A stretch of DNA of 64,000 nt, from assembly GCA_001179505.1 (NCBI GenBank), contig CDMY01000284.1, forward strand, positions 62,001 to 126,000. Direction: 5' to 3'. This DNA comes from Vitrella brassicaformis CCMP3155 (lineage: Eukaryota; Protista; Chromerida). Both the position numbers and the translations under genes were made by a program. Each line of letters starts with the position of its first letter. Position 1 is the stretch's first letter. Positions 51,665-62,888 of this stretch are shown here, one piece after another. The notes under the pieces are model-generated. The model had not been told where the DNA came from. It searched no databases and saw only the letters and a program-made list of their open reading frames with translations.

Positions 51665-54212
51665 ATGCGGGGGTACACCAAGGTGCGCGACGTGGGCAAG
51701 GGGTCCTTCGGCCAGGCCATTCTCGTGGCTGATGCGGACGGCAAACAGTGAGTTCGAAGGGACAGCTGGAGGGGGTGGGGGGAGAAGGGAGAGGGGAGGG
51801 AGGCGCCTGGCGAGAATGGGGCGTTTGGTTGCGTATCTGTCAGGTTTATCATGAAGATAATTGACATATCGAGGATGGGCTCTAAGGAGAGAAAGGAGGC
51901 CATCAACGAGGCGGGCACCCAAGACAGACAGACAAGACACGCAGGAACGAACATCTGTGTGTCTGTGTGTCTGTGTCTGTGTGTGTGTGTGTGTGTGTCT
52001 GGTGGCAGGTGAAGGTGCTGTCGTCTCTGAAGCACCCTTACATCATCTCCTACCGAGAGAGCTTCATCGAGAACGGACAGCTCTGCATCGTCATGGACTA
52101 CGCTGAGGGTGCGGTGGCTGGCCGGGGACTGCACTGCACAGCACAACCACCGTGCGTGTGTGTCTGTTGGTTGTCTTGTGTTGTGTTGTGTTGTGTTAGG
52201 TGGCGATCTGTACCACAAGATCCAGAAGCAGAAGAAGACCAGCCAATACTTCAGGTGACTCACACAACTGCCCCACCTGCCCACTCATGGATGTGTGTGT
52301 GTGTGTGTGTGTGATTGACAGCGAGTCGCAGATCCTCCGCTGGTTCACGCAGGCGGCCCTCTCGCTCAAGTACATGCACGACAAACACATCCTTCACAGA
52401 GGTCAGCCACTCGACAAACACACACAAAGGGGCAAAGAGAGAGGGAGAGAGAGAAGGAGAGAGAGACGTTATGGGCGGTTTGGCTTAAAACACTTGACTT
52501 GACTTGTTGTGACAGACATCAAGACTCAGAACTTCTTCCTGACGGCGTCAGGTCGTCTGCGCGTCGGCGACTTCGGCATCAGCAAAGTGCTCGAGTCGAC
52601 CATGGCCTTCGCGCAGACCACCATCGGCACACCCTACTACCTCTCACCCGAAATTTGCAAGGCACGCTCAGAGCACACACACACACACACACAGACAAAG
52701 AGGGAGAGGGAGGGGGAGGGGGAGCGAGGAAAAATGTGTGACGTGCTTCTTAAGGCCCTTTGTTCTTTCTGCAGGAGCAGCCATACTCATGGGCGTCGGA
52801 CATCTGGGCACTGGGGTGCGTGCTGTACGAGATGGTAAGGAAGGATGCAGCACAGCAACGCCCTCGCTCTGTTTCGTCTTGCATCGCTGCAGCTTCCCCC
52901 CTCCCTCCCTCCATCCATGTGTGTGTGTGGCATGCCACTACACTGTGCAGGCGTGTTTGCGTGTGCCGTTTGACGCCCAGAACCTCCGGTCACTCGTCGA
53001 CAAGATCACCAGAGGACCGGTACGTGCGTTCGCAACCGCCAAGACATCCACACAATGCACCTACCTATGTTGGCTGTGTGTGTCGTGTCTTGTGTGCAGA
53101 CGCCCACCTTGCCGAGCAGCTACTCCGCCGGGCTGCGTCAGCTGCTGGCCGACTGCCTGCAGCGCGACCCCCGCAAGCGCCCCTCGGCCGCAGAGCTCCT
53201 GCAGAAGGACATCATTCAGGTAAAAGAGGGAGGGAGGGAGGACAGAGCCAAACAGCACAACGGGAGCGGGAGAGAGAGGGACAGGACATCAACTGTGTGT
53301 GTGTGTGTGTGTTAAGGGTGAGATCCGGCGCATGTTGAAGGAGGAGCAGCTCAAGAAGGGCCAGCAGGGGGGCGGGCACAACGGCGGCGACAGCAAGGTG
53401 AGACTAACGACACCCTGAAGCCACCCACTCACACACACATGCGCCCGCCCCCCACTCTCTCTCTCTCTCTCTCTCCCCCGTGTGTATGTTGGATGGTCAC
53501 CATATCTATCAGACTGAGTCAGCGGGCGTGTCGACGGCCGACACCACCCAGCGCCAGAACAGCAGCGAGGCCACGGAGGGCCCACGAGCAGACGACAACA
53601 ACAAGCAGCAGGTGGAGCGACAACCCTCTGGCGGCGGGTCGCGCCACGACACTCCAAACAGAGACCGTAAGTGAGAAGGCCAGGCCATAGCCGCCCCCCC
53701 ACTCCCTCACCATGTGTGTGTGTGTGTGTGTGTGTGTGTTGCAGGCCGCCATCCGTCCGCCTTGCCTCTGCCGGTTCCTGCGGTCAACTACGGGGGTGCC
53801 GCTGGGGGTGCTGCTGGTGTGCGTCCGGCTGGGGTGCGCAGCCGGGATGCGTCGCCCGTTGCTGGGGTGCCGTACCACAGACAGGCCACGCCGCCGGGCA
53901 TGAGACCACGGTGAGTGAGGTGTGGGTGGGTGGTGATAGGACGGACGTGGTGTGGGGGCGGTGGAGGGAAACACATCTGTGTATGTGTGTGTGGGATGCA
54001 GTGCGGTCCGCGACATGAGCCCTTACGGCTACCGCAATCCCAGCAGCTACTACTCGCCACGTAGCCAGGTGAATGGGGTGGGTGCCACATACACTACACC
54101 CACACAGTCGTGTGTCCATCGAGTCCGCCTGTGTGTCGGTCAGTACCAGACGCCCAACGCGGCGGCTGGGAAAGCGCATGGCGTCCCGCGGTACCCCGCT
54201 GCCGGCAAATAA
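51665..54212 (+). CDS. NEK: NIMA-related (NEK) Ser/Thr kinase, multi-exon
   Basis: [17 protein letters not shown]|[47 protein letters not shown] and [13 protein letters not shown]; low-complexity tail ending YPAAGK*. Confidence 0.95.
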
Positions 54213-54883
54213 GCAGGGCGGCAGGGAGGGAGGGAGGGAGAGGGGGATGCACACACACATTGCTCGCTCGCAGGATGGTTGGCTGTCTGTCTGGCGAGAC
54301 TGGTCGGTCGCGTTGGGTGCGTTGCGTTGACAGGACAATGAGGGCGCGGCGCGCATGAGTGGATGCCAGACAGACAGACAGACAGATCACGACTCGACTT
54401 CATGTGAGTGTTTGTTTGGTCAATGGGTGCGTACGCAATCACTCGTTTGTTTCTTAGTTTCCAATTGCGCACTGGTAGGTAGGTACTCGACTCGCACTCA
54501 CTGACCTGACAGGCAGCTGCAGACAGACAGACAGGCAGGCAGGCAGGACGGCAGGGAAGGAGAATAGGTCTCCTTGTGTGTGTGTGTGTGTGTGTTAGTG
54601 TGGTGCGCGAACGAAGGTCAGGTGACAACTGGCTGGACTGGCTGGACTGGACTGCACTGACTCGACTCGACAGGTCGCCTGGTCTGCCCTCGCTCGTTTC
54701 GTTGGGTGGGACTCACTGACTGTGGACAGAGACAAATGAAACGACATATGGAGAACCTGGGAAGGCTTGACTGTTGACTGACAAACCACTGGCAGGCACA
54801 CACGAACGAACTGCACAGGTTCACTCACACCCACCCCACACCCCAGCCAGGGTAATCTAATCACATCACACAACTACACTACA

Positions 54884-55737
54884 CTACACCACTATGCCAT
54901 GCTCCCGCACATTCTTCAAAGCCACGTCCATCGACACCCTCACCCTCACCCCACCACTCTCCACACACACATCCGGCCCTGCCAGGTGGGGCTGTGTCAG
55001 TGTGCTCGCGGGGCTGCCCCCATCGCCCCCACCACGACCCTCCCCCCCACTAGTATTGACTATCTGCGGCACTCCCCCCAGCAGCATCACCTGCAGCCGA
55101 CCCAGGCCAGAGGCAGGGGTGGGCCGCCACGTCCAGCATGTCAAGTCGTGATGACCTGAATGACCAGACCACCACACACACGCGCGTGAATGGCGGGCGT
55201 GTGTGCTTTGTCCGATGGATGGATGGATGGATGGATGCAGCTCACACACCTGGTGTGGTGGGAAGGTGGATGAAGCCGTGGCCGGCGACCTCCACCCCGC
55301 CGGAGGGGTGCTCCTCGAACACACGGAGCTCCAACCGCGGCCACCCCTTGACGCTTGAGAAGGCAAAATGCCCCTCCAAAGGATGATTCCAAACTGCATA
55401 CCTGCGCCAAAACACACACAGAGATTCCATCCATCCACGCGCAGGCGCACGCACACAGAGAGAGAGAGGGATCTCTCGTCAGGCCTTACCTGCTCTCGCC
55501 GTCACATTCGCTCACAAACGTGGCGCCCTCCTGGGCGCCTCTCAGCAGCCGCCAGCTGCTGCTGTCATACCGCAGGCTGAACGAGCAGCACAGCGCTGTG
55601 CTCTCGGCCGTGCCCTCGCACCCCTCCAGGCAGCCAGAGAAGAACAGCTGAGGGCGGGAGAGATCTGTGGCTGCTGCAGCTGCTGGTGGTGGTGGGTTGT
55701 GCGGTGTGCGGGCAGATGGCGAAGGGGAATACGGCAT
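54884..55737 (-). CDS. B9D2: B9 domain protein, B9D2/MKSR2-like (ciliary transition zone)
   Basis: WRLLRGAQEGAT, AVWNHPL, GWPRLELRV, GHGFIHLPTTPG and TWRP...LLGGVPQ match the B9D2 motifs. Confidence 0.8.
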
Positions 55738-55850
55738 CTTGCGACGTCGCGAATCTCATGACTCGCGATCCTTTCTGCTTTGGCGAGGATTTCGCCGATC
55801 GGCGAGGATTGTGACCGATCAGCGACATTCTCTTCATAGATCTTGATAGA

Positions 55851-58800
55851 ATGGCAGCCAGTGGCGGCCACCCAGACCAGGAGCAGCAGGAGCTCTCACA
55901 TAACGAGCTCGTCAGCGCAGCGCAAAGTGCGATAGCCGAGTGCCGTCAGGCGGCTGAGAGGGAGGCGAGGGGTTCGTGGCAGCGATGCCCTGTGGAGCTG
56001 CGGCAGAAGGGGAGGCAGGGGCACCAACAGATAGCCTTCATCTGTCCGGTGAGTGCACAGGAACGAGATGGATGGACTCGCGCGTGTGCGTGTGTGTGTG
56101 TGTGCTACAGGGGTGGCTAGCAGAGTACCTAATTCACGGGAGGACGCTGGCAGCGGTCCACAAGGCTCTCGACAATGCACTCGCTCTTCGCAGATGCGCC
56201 CTGCAGCAGCAGGCGCAGCAGCACCACCAGCAGCACCGGCAGCAGCTGCACCAACAGCAGCTGCAGATGGCCCACGTGTCGGTCGGAGTAGCAGCCAGCA
56301 GACAGCCGGCGGCTAACGGCGGCACAAGGGACTCTCAGGTGCGTCAAGGAACACATGACTGACACGGAGAATGGACTCGTGCCGGACACCTATGTGCCGT
56401 TGCCTCTAGGTGTCTGGGTGTCCGAGCAACCCACCAGACCAGAAGGGCACCACCGCTGGCAACCACCCCCACCACCCCCACCATGGCCACAACCAGCCCT
56501 CCCCCTCCCCCTCCCCCCAGCCGCCTATCCACCCGATCGTGAGCCTCTTGCGTGAGAGGGTCAGCGGTCCGCTGTGCATCGAGCCGTGTCACCATGGGGA
56601 CCGCCTGGTGGCCTGGCGTGTCGCGCTGCCCAGAAAGAAGGGAAGCCGCGTGGAGGTGGAGGACTTCAGCTGTGGTGGGCAGAGCCACGGGGTGCGGGGG
56701 GCGCTGGTGGAAGCCATCCACTATAGAAATGCTAGGTAGGTGAACCGACCGGCAGGCAAGAAACAGAGAGAGGCATGTGTGGGTGGATGGCTGGATGAGT
56801 TGTGTGTGTGTGTGTGATGTGTGTCGCTCCATCCATCCAGGTTGAAGGGGTTGAAGGACGAGTCCAGACAAGATGTCTGGACATCCTGTCTGGTCGAGTG
56901 TGAAGGGCTGCTCGATGTCGTAGAGGAATACGACTGGCCGCCCGAGGAGCAGGTGGACGTCGAGGACACACCAGCCCAGCAACAGCAGCAGCAGCAGCAG
57001 CAGGAGGAGGAGGAGGGGAATGGTGGTCGTCGTCGGTCCAAGCGGAGTCTGTCCAGCCCGACAGACTCCTCCCCCCTCCCTCGCCGCAATGCCCCCCGCC
57101 ATGCAGCCGACGACACTCATGACAGCTTGAAGACACGCAAGGCCGTCGACTCCGGCAGCTCGATGGAGGCGTCGCCGGCCGCTGCGTCCGCTGCGTCTGC
57201 CTCCGCTGCTGCTGCCGCTCCATGGCCCAAGCGACCCGATGTCGGTACGTGAGGAGGGCGTGTGGTTCAGGTGTCAATCAAAATGCGTTGGGCCCAATCT
57301 CTGTCTGTCTGTCTGTCTGTGTGTGTTTCTGTGTGTGTGTGTGTCTCTGTCTGTAGAGACCGTTTCTGACTGTGTTGAGAAGTTCCGCGCCTTCTGCGAG
57401 TGCCCCCGGGGGGACGGAAGCATCGCCGCTCGATTCCGCGAGCTTCCCGACAAGACGTCATTCGAGATCAGCAGCCACCACAGATATCCCGAGTGTGTTA
57501 CACTCACCATGGGGCCCTACCCCGACGGTCACGGTGGCGAGTACTACCTCTCCGCAGAGGCATCGCGCGGCCCCATCAAAACCTGCTGGGAATTTTCGCA
57601 GGTTTACCACAAGATGAAGCGGATGGTCAATCAAGCACAAGGGACCAGAAAGGCTTTACGCGAGCTCTCACATGGCGATAGTCGAAGAGAAGCGCAGGCG
57701 CATCCTCCGCGTCAAAGGGTGGCGCAGCCGCAAGGAGAAGGGGGAAAGATGGAGTCGCGCGGCTGCGGTTGAAGATCCCGGCGCCACGATGCAGTCCAGC
57801 ATCATGGCGGCCCCTCTCCCCTCTGCACATGCGCACCCTCGCTCCCAGGCCATCAGACCCCCAGACGCACCCAAGTGGCAGCTGACCCACCACCAGCCCC
57901 TCGACTACGACCAGCTGCTGAGCTGCACGCGCACGTGCACTACGACCAGCTGCTGAGCTGCACGCGCGCCACGGACATGCTCAAGCACGACCTAGAGGGC
58001 GTCAAGCTGCAGAAGAAGTCGGCATCCGGCAGCCTGGCCATCATCGTCAAGGGAGTGGGGGCGTACGGGGATCGGCCATTCGAGGTCAGGGGCAGCACAT
58101 ATGCCCACGTGCTGCAGGCCGTGATGGACGCCGCCAGATACAGGGACGACCTGAGGACGCAGGCGGCGGCAGCTGCACAGGGCGCCGCCCAACCTCAGCC
58201 ACGCAGTCGGCCCCGCAAGATGTCACTGATGGGCCAGCCAATGCACCCAGCACCGGCCCCCCTACACCCGCCCCCACCGCCCGCAGCCGACGCACCTGAG
58301 GCCGATCGAGAGCGAGGCGTCCTCGATATCACTGCGGATTTCGTGTCAGCGACAGGCAAGATAGAACTCGAGGATGACGAGTCAGAAGGCACTGACGACG
58401 GCAGCAAAAGCGGCAACGGGCGGCAGATGGGCGTGGGCGGCGTCAAGCAAGAGCCAGCATCTCCCGCACAGAGGCAGCAAGGGGGCGGTGGGAGCGCCGA
58501 TGGCGACCAGCACATGGAGGATGCTGCTGGTCGTGGTGCTGCTGCTGGTAGTGGTGGTGGTAGTGTTGGTATCGGTCCTCTCGTGATCGAACCGTCCAGC
58601 AGCCGAGGCAAGAGACACGACAATCTCCAAGGTGTCCACCTCCACCCCCACCAGCAGCAGCGTCGCAGTGGCGGCAATGGCAATCCGAGCGGCCAGGCGG
58701 CAGTGAATGGGGAGGGGGAGGGGGGAGGTCAGGGTGTAGGTGTGGGTGGCCGGGTAGCTGTGGGTGGCGTCACGAGGGCTCAGTTTGTAGCCATGTTGCG

Positions 58801-59475
58801 GCAGAGGGCCCCGCAGCCGGAGCTGCACGAGCTCGCCGCCAAATTTGAGCAGGTGACCGACACACACACACACACCTTAACGCGTTCCATCTCCTCTATT
58901 TTGCTGTTTTGCTGTAGAATGGGGAGGCCTTCGACACTCTCGACGACGGGCTGCTCGACCTCATCAAAGACCCGCCCGACGCACAGAGCGCTGCCGTCAC
59001 CAAGGCGTTCCGGCGCAGCTTCAGAGTCACCGACGGCTGCTTCCTGGAGTTGCAGCTGTTCATCAAGAAACTCACAGACGAGGCTGACACACACGGTGGC
59101 GTCTCTCTTGCTGATGCTGCTGCTGCTGCTGCTGATGGGGGAGGGCATGAGCAGCTGGCCGTCGAGCGCCTGACGGTCGACGAGCTGGCTGCCCGGCTGC
59201 AGCAGGGCTCACCTGCAGCGGCCGCCCTCTCCGAGAAGATCAAACAGGTACCACAGCCACCCATCCCCCACGCAGAGCACATGTCTCTCTGTGTGCCGTG
59301 TGTGTCGTGTGTGCAGGCGAGCATCTCAGGTTCGGTGCTGCGTCGCATCCTGGAGGAGCCTGATTTGCCCGAGGGGTCGGCGGAGAGGCGGTGGGTGCTG
59401 GCCGTCAAGGAGCGGAGCTGCCTGAGGCTCAAGCTCTCCCTCAAAGGGGAGGTCCTCAGGCTCCTCAACGTGTAG
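55851..59475 (+). pseudogene. ApiAP2-like DNA-binding protein with SAM-like C-terminus; two frameshifts in the central exon
   Basis: AP2-like AWRVALP...EDFSCGGQSHGVRGALVEAIHYRNAR and GVKLQKK...PFEVRGSTYAHVLQAVMDAARYRDDL; SAM-like LTVDELAARLQQ...KIKQ|ASISGSVL. Frame breaks near 57668 and at 57904-57967. Confidence 0.5.
57904..57967 (+). repeat. 29-bp direct repeat, 35-bp period
   Basis: actacgaccagctgctgagctgcacgcgc at 57904 and 57939 with spacer acgtgc. Confidence 0.95.
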
Positions 59476-59824
59476 TAGACTGATTGCCATATTTGCCGTG
59501 GCGAGCGAATGAATATTGTTGGGGGTATCCGTGTGTGTGGCAATGGACTGTGGTTGGTGCTGAAACAGATGTTCATTCACACGTAGCATCGGTGGATGCG
59601 TCTCTATGCGTTGTCTGTCTCGGTGACGTCTCGTGAGTGACACAAATCTTTCTAACACACTCACCCATGCACCGCACCCAACCCACATTCATAAAGCGCA
59701 GTGTACACAACCATACATCGTCCCGCGATCGACACTTTCTTTGTGTCCGCTCTCCCTCCCTCTTTCCTTCAGCAGACACAGTGGCACCATCTGTGTCTGT
59801 CTGATCGCTCCTTTGTTTATTTCC

Positions 59825-61139
59825 TTATTTGAGTGTCTTGCCGGCAGGCACCACATCGTCCTGGTTGACCGCCCAGCTCAGAGCACTCTCGATGGTTGAG
59901 TCCTGGAACTCATACCTGCAGACAGACAGACAGACATACAGACATCTCTCGTGGCTTTGTGACTCCACCTGCCCTTCCCTGACTCACTCACCCTGACTCC
60001 AGCAGCTTCTTAGGCGTGACGTTCTGCCCTCCCAACAGGAGCTCCTCGCCCATCTCTCCGAAGAGTACCCTACACACACACACACTCCCCCACGAGGATG
60101 TGCCATATCAATGTCTGTCTGACGAATCCATCGATTATGTGCTCACTGTGCGACAGGCGTCGGCAGGGGGAAGAACGTTGGCCTGCTCAGCACTCGCCCG
60201 AGCGCCTTGGTGAACTCGGCGTTGGTCACACAAGATGGCCCCACCACATTGACCGGACCCTATACTCGCGCACACACACACACACACACACACACATCTC
60301 TGTCTCTCTCCCTCCCCACCCCCACCCACCACACCCACACCCACCTGCAATGACTCGGTCTTGAGAGCGTGGAGGATGGCCCCCGCCACATCTCTGCGGG
60401 ACACCCATGGAAACCACTGCTCGCCGCTGCCCAGCACACCACCCCCGCCAAGAGAGAAGAGCGGCAGCAGCTTCGTGAGCGCGCCGCCGTGCCTGCTCAT
60501 CACCACACCGAACCGCGTGTTGACCTGTCCACACACACGCGAGGCACGACACGAGCACTTTGTGGCATTTATTTGTCAGTCACTGTGTTTCTACTTCTTT
60601 CTCATGACTACCACTCGTGTCTTGCTGGCTGCGCGCTGTGCCTCCTCTTCCCACTGCCGGCACACGTCTGCCAGGAAGCCCTCCCCCTGCGCGTCGCCCT
60701 CGTCGAACAATCGCTCGCCGCTGTTGAAGCCGTAATACCCCACCTGCACGACACAAACAGATTATGCGAGTGGCTGTCTGTCTGTCGTGTGTGCGCTGTG
60801 CCGACCGCGGAGGCGCACACAAACACGCTGGGCGGCCTCTGCATTCCCAATATAGCGTCAACAACCGCCCTTGTCCCCTGCACACGGCTCTCAAGAATCT
60901 TCCGCTTCTTGCTCTCGCTCCACCGCCCCAGCGGCGCGAGCAGCCCCTCGCCGCTGCCCACATTCTCGCCCGCCAGATGGACGATCGCGTCCACATCTTG
61001 CAGCAGAGATGGGTCGCCGGCTGATGCGTCCCACTGCACCTCGTCAACGGTCTCCGGCTGCCGGCGGACGAGCCGCTTCACGAGGACATCACGACCGTTG
61101 ATCTGGGTGCCTGGATGGATGGACACAAGAGATCTATTG

Positions 61140-61173
<34 letters not shown>

Positions 61174-61628
61174 ATGCGTGTGTAAGTGTTACCTTCGAGC
61201 ATGCTCATGAGTTCGCTGCCGACGAGCCCGCCGCTGCCTGTCAGAGCGATGGTGTAGCTCTTGGCCATGACAGCGGTACCCCCGCCCCTCTCCCTCTCTG
61301 TGCCCATCAGGTCCTTCAGGAAGTCTAGAGCACACAGCCTGCACACAAACATACACACACATACAGACAGACAGGAAAAAAACAGACAGACAGAGAGAGG
61401 GTGTGGTGTTCGGCTGTGCAGGAAGCGGAGAGCATGCCTGTGCTTGGATGTCTACCGAGATGGTGATGGCGGCCTGGGATAATGGGCCAATCGCAGATGC
61501 GCAGATGGTGAGACCGGAGAGGAGAGGGTGAAGGCCGCTGCCGGCGATGGCTGATGGAAAGAGAGAATCAGACTGCTCACCGCAGCCAGCAGGGACACCG
61601 GGGATGGCGGCTGCATCGAAAGCTTCAT
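59825..61628 (-). CDS. TIGR01777/SDR39U1 (YfcH/GC1-like) NAD-dependent epimerase-family protein with bipartite leader
   Basis: [45 protein letters not shown]|[22 protein letters not shown] and [12 protein letters not shown]. Exon 1 MKLSMQPP...AAAFTLSS splices in frame to RLCALDFLK. Confidence 0.85.
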
Positions 61629-61685
61629 TCGCAGATCTGCGAGCTTAGCTCAGAAAAGGCGAGGTTGGACACTTGTGAGGGGAGA

Positions 61686-62036
61686 ATGAGCAGCCTGCCG
61701 GTGTTATCGTTCCGCATGGACTCGCTGCTAGTGCAGTGTGTGATATCAGCCGCCATCTATTACGTTCCCCAGGACGCGGCCGCCCTCATCGGCGCCTACT
61801 GGGTCGGCTCCACTTTCGGCAGAAAGAAGGTCGGCACAGGTGAGATGGAGTTCGAATCTCAGACAGGGAGGCAGCAAGGCAACAAAGAGTGTGTGTCGTG
61901 CGTGTGTGTGTGTGTGCAGCGAAGAGTGTGTCTGACGGCGATGTGGCGCTGAAGGCGTTCATGGAGTCGCGGCAGCTGGAGGCGGACAAGGTCAGAGTCG
62001 GCAAGTTCGGCAACACATGGTCCGTCCAGATGTGAT
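61686..62036 (+). CDS. Small hypothetical protein with a hydrophobic segment
   Basis: MSSLPV...VISAAIYYVPQDAAALIGAYWVGSTFGRKKVGT|AKSVSDGDVALKAFMESRQLEADK; 3' end uncertain. Confidence 0.45.
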
Positions 62037-62888
62037 CACATGCGTGTCATCAAGGTAAGTACCCTTCACACCGACACACACAACTGGAGGGAGGGACACA
62101 GAGTGCGTCTCCTTCTCTCTTCCCCTCTCTCTGTGTCTGTGTGTGCAGCAGCTGTGCTGGACTGGTTTTCTTCCTATGGCTCTGCGGTGATGGCGTCCCC
62201 TTTTCTCGGCCCACATCTCGTCAGGGACGGCAGTTGTCGCATGGAGGCGAGCAGCTGTCTTGCGTGGCGTGGGCGGGGCTGAGAAAAGAGACGCCTACCG
62301 TGCTACTGGATCCCGAAGCAGAGCCCATCTCCCTCTTCGCCTGACTTGTGTGTGGTGTGTGTTGATGGCTGTGTGTGAGAGAGAGAGACCCCCGATCCCC
62401 TCTTACCACTAGTCCGTGTTCGTACGGTGCGACGGATGCATGTGTGCCCTTTGATGTGCTGGAGGGTGCGCCAACATCCTGTGGCTGCAGCGTACACACA
62501 TGGACTGGCGAAGGGGGAGGCCGGGAGGTTTTAAGGGGTGTGGATCGGATCGGTGTTGCCGATGGACGCTGCGTCCTTGACGACTGTGAATATACATCAT
62601 TCATATGTGTGGATGTGATGTGTTTAACTAACGTGAGTGATAGATAGGTGCGGTGTTGGCCATTTGTGTGTGATCCATCCATCCACCCTGCAGTGCAGCC
62701 TTTGGCCAATCCAATCCACACACTTACACTTGCACACAGATGCACTCACACACCTATACCTCATGTAGTGCAGTTGACCCTTCAACACACCCTCCCGCCC
62801 TTCATTCACTTGAGCAAAGACAGCCACCCGGCCCCTACAAGTGCATTCATGTCCCAGTCCCAGCCAGCCCAGCCGACACCCACCCGAA

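Noticed and set aside
18342-57772. Stop-codon reassignment or selenocysteine to explain in-frame TGA/TAG codons
   Set aside because: Intact genes here end in TGA, TAA and TAG, and the lesions co-occur with frameshifts. No SECIS could be identified by eye.
62221-62745. 174-aa minus-strand ORF as a separate gene or extra exon
   Set aside because: Composition is repeat-derived and the upstream gene already terminates at 62889; probably 3' UTR or intergenic.
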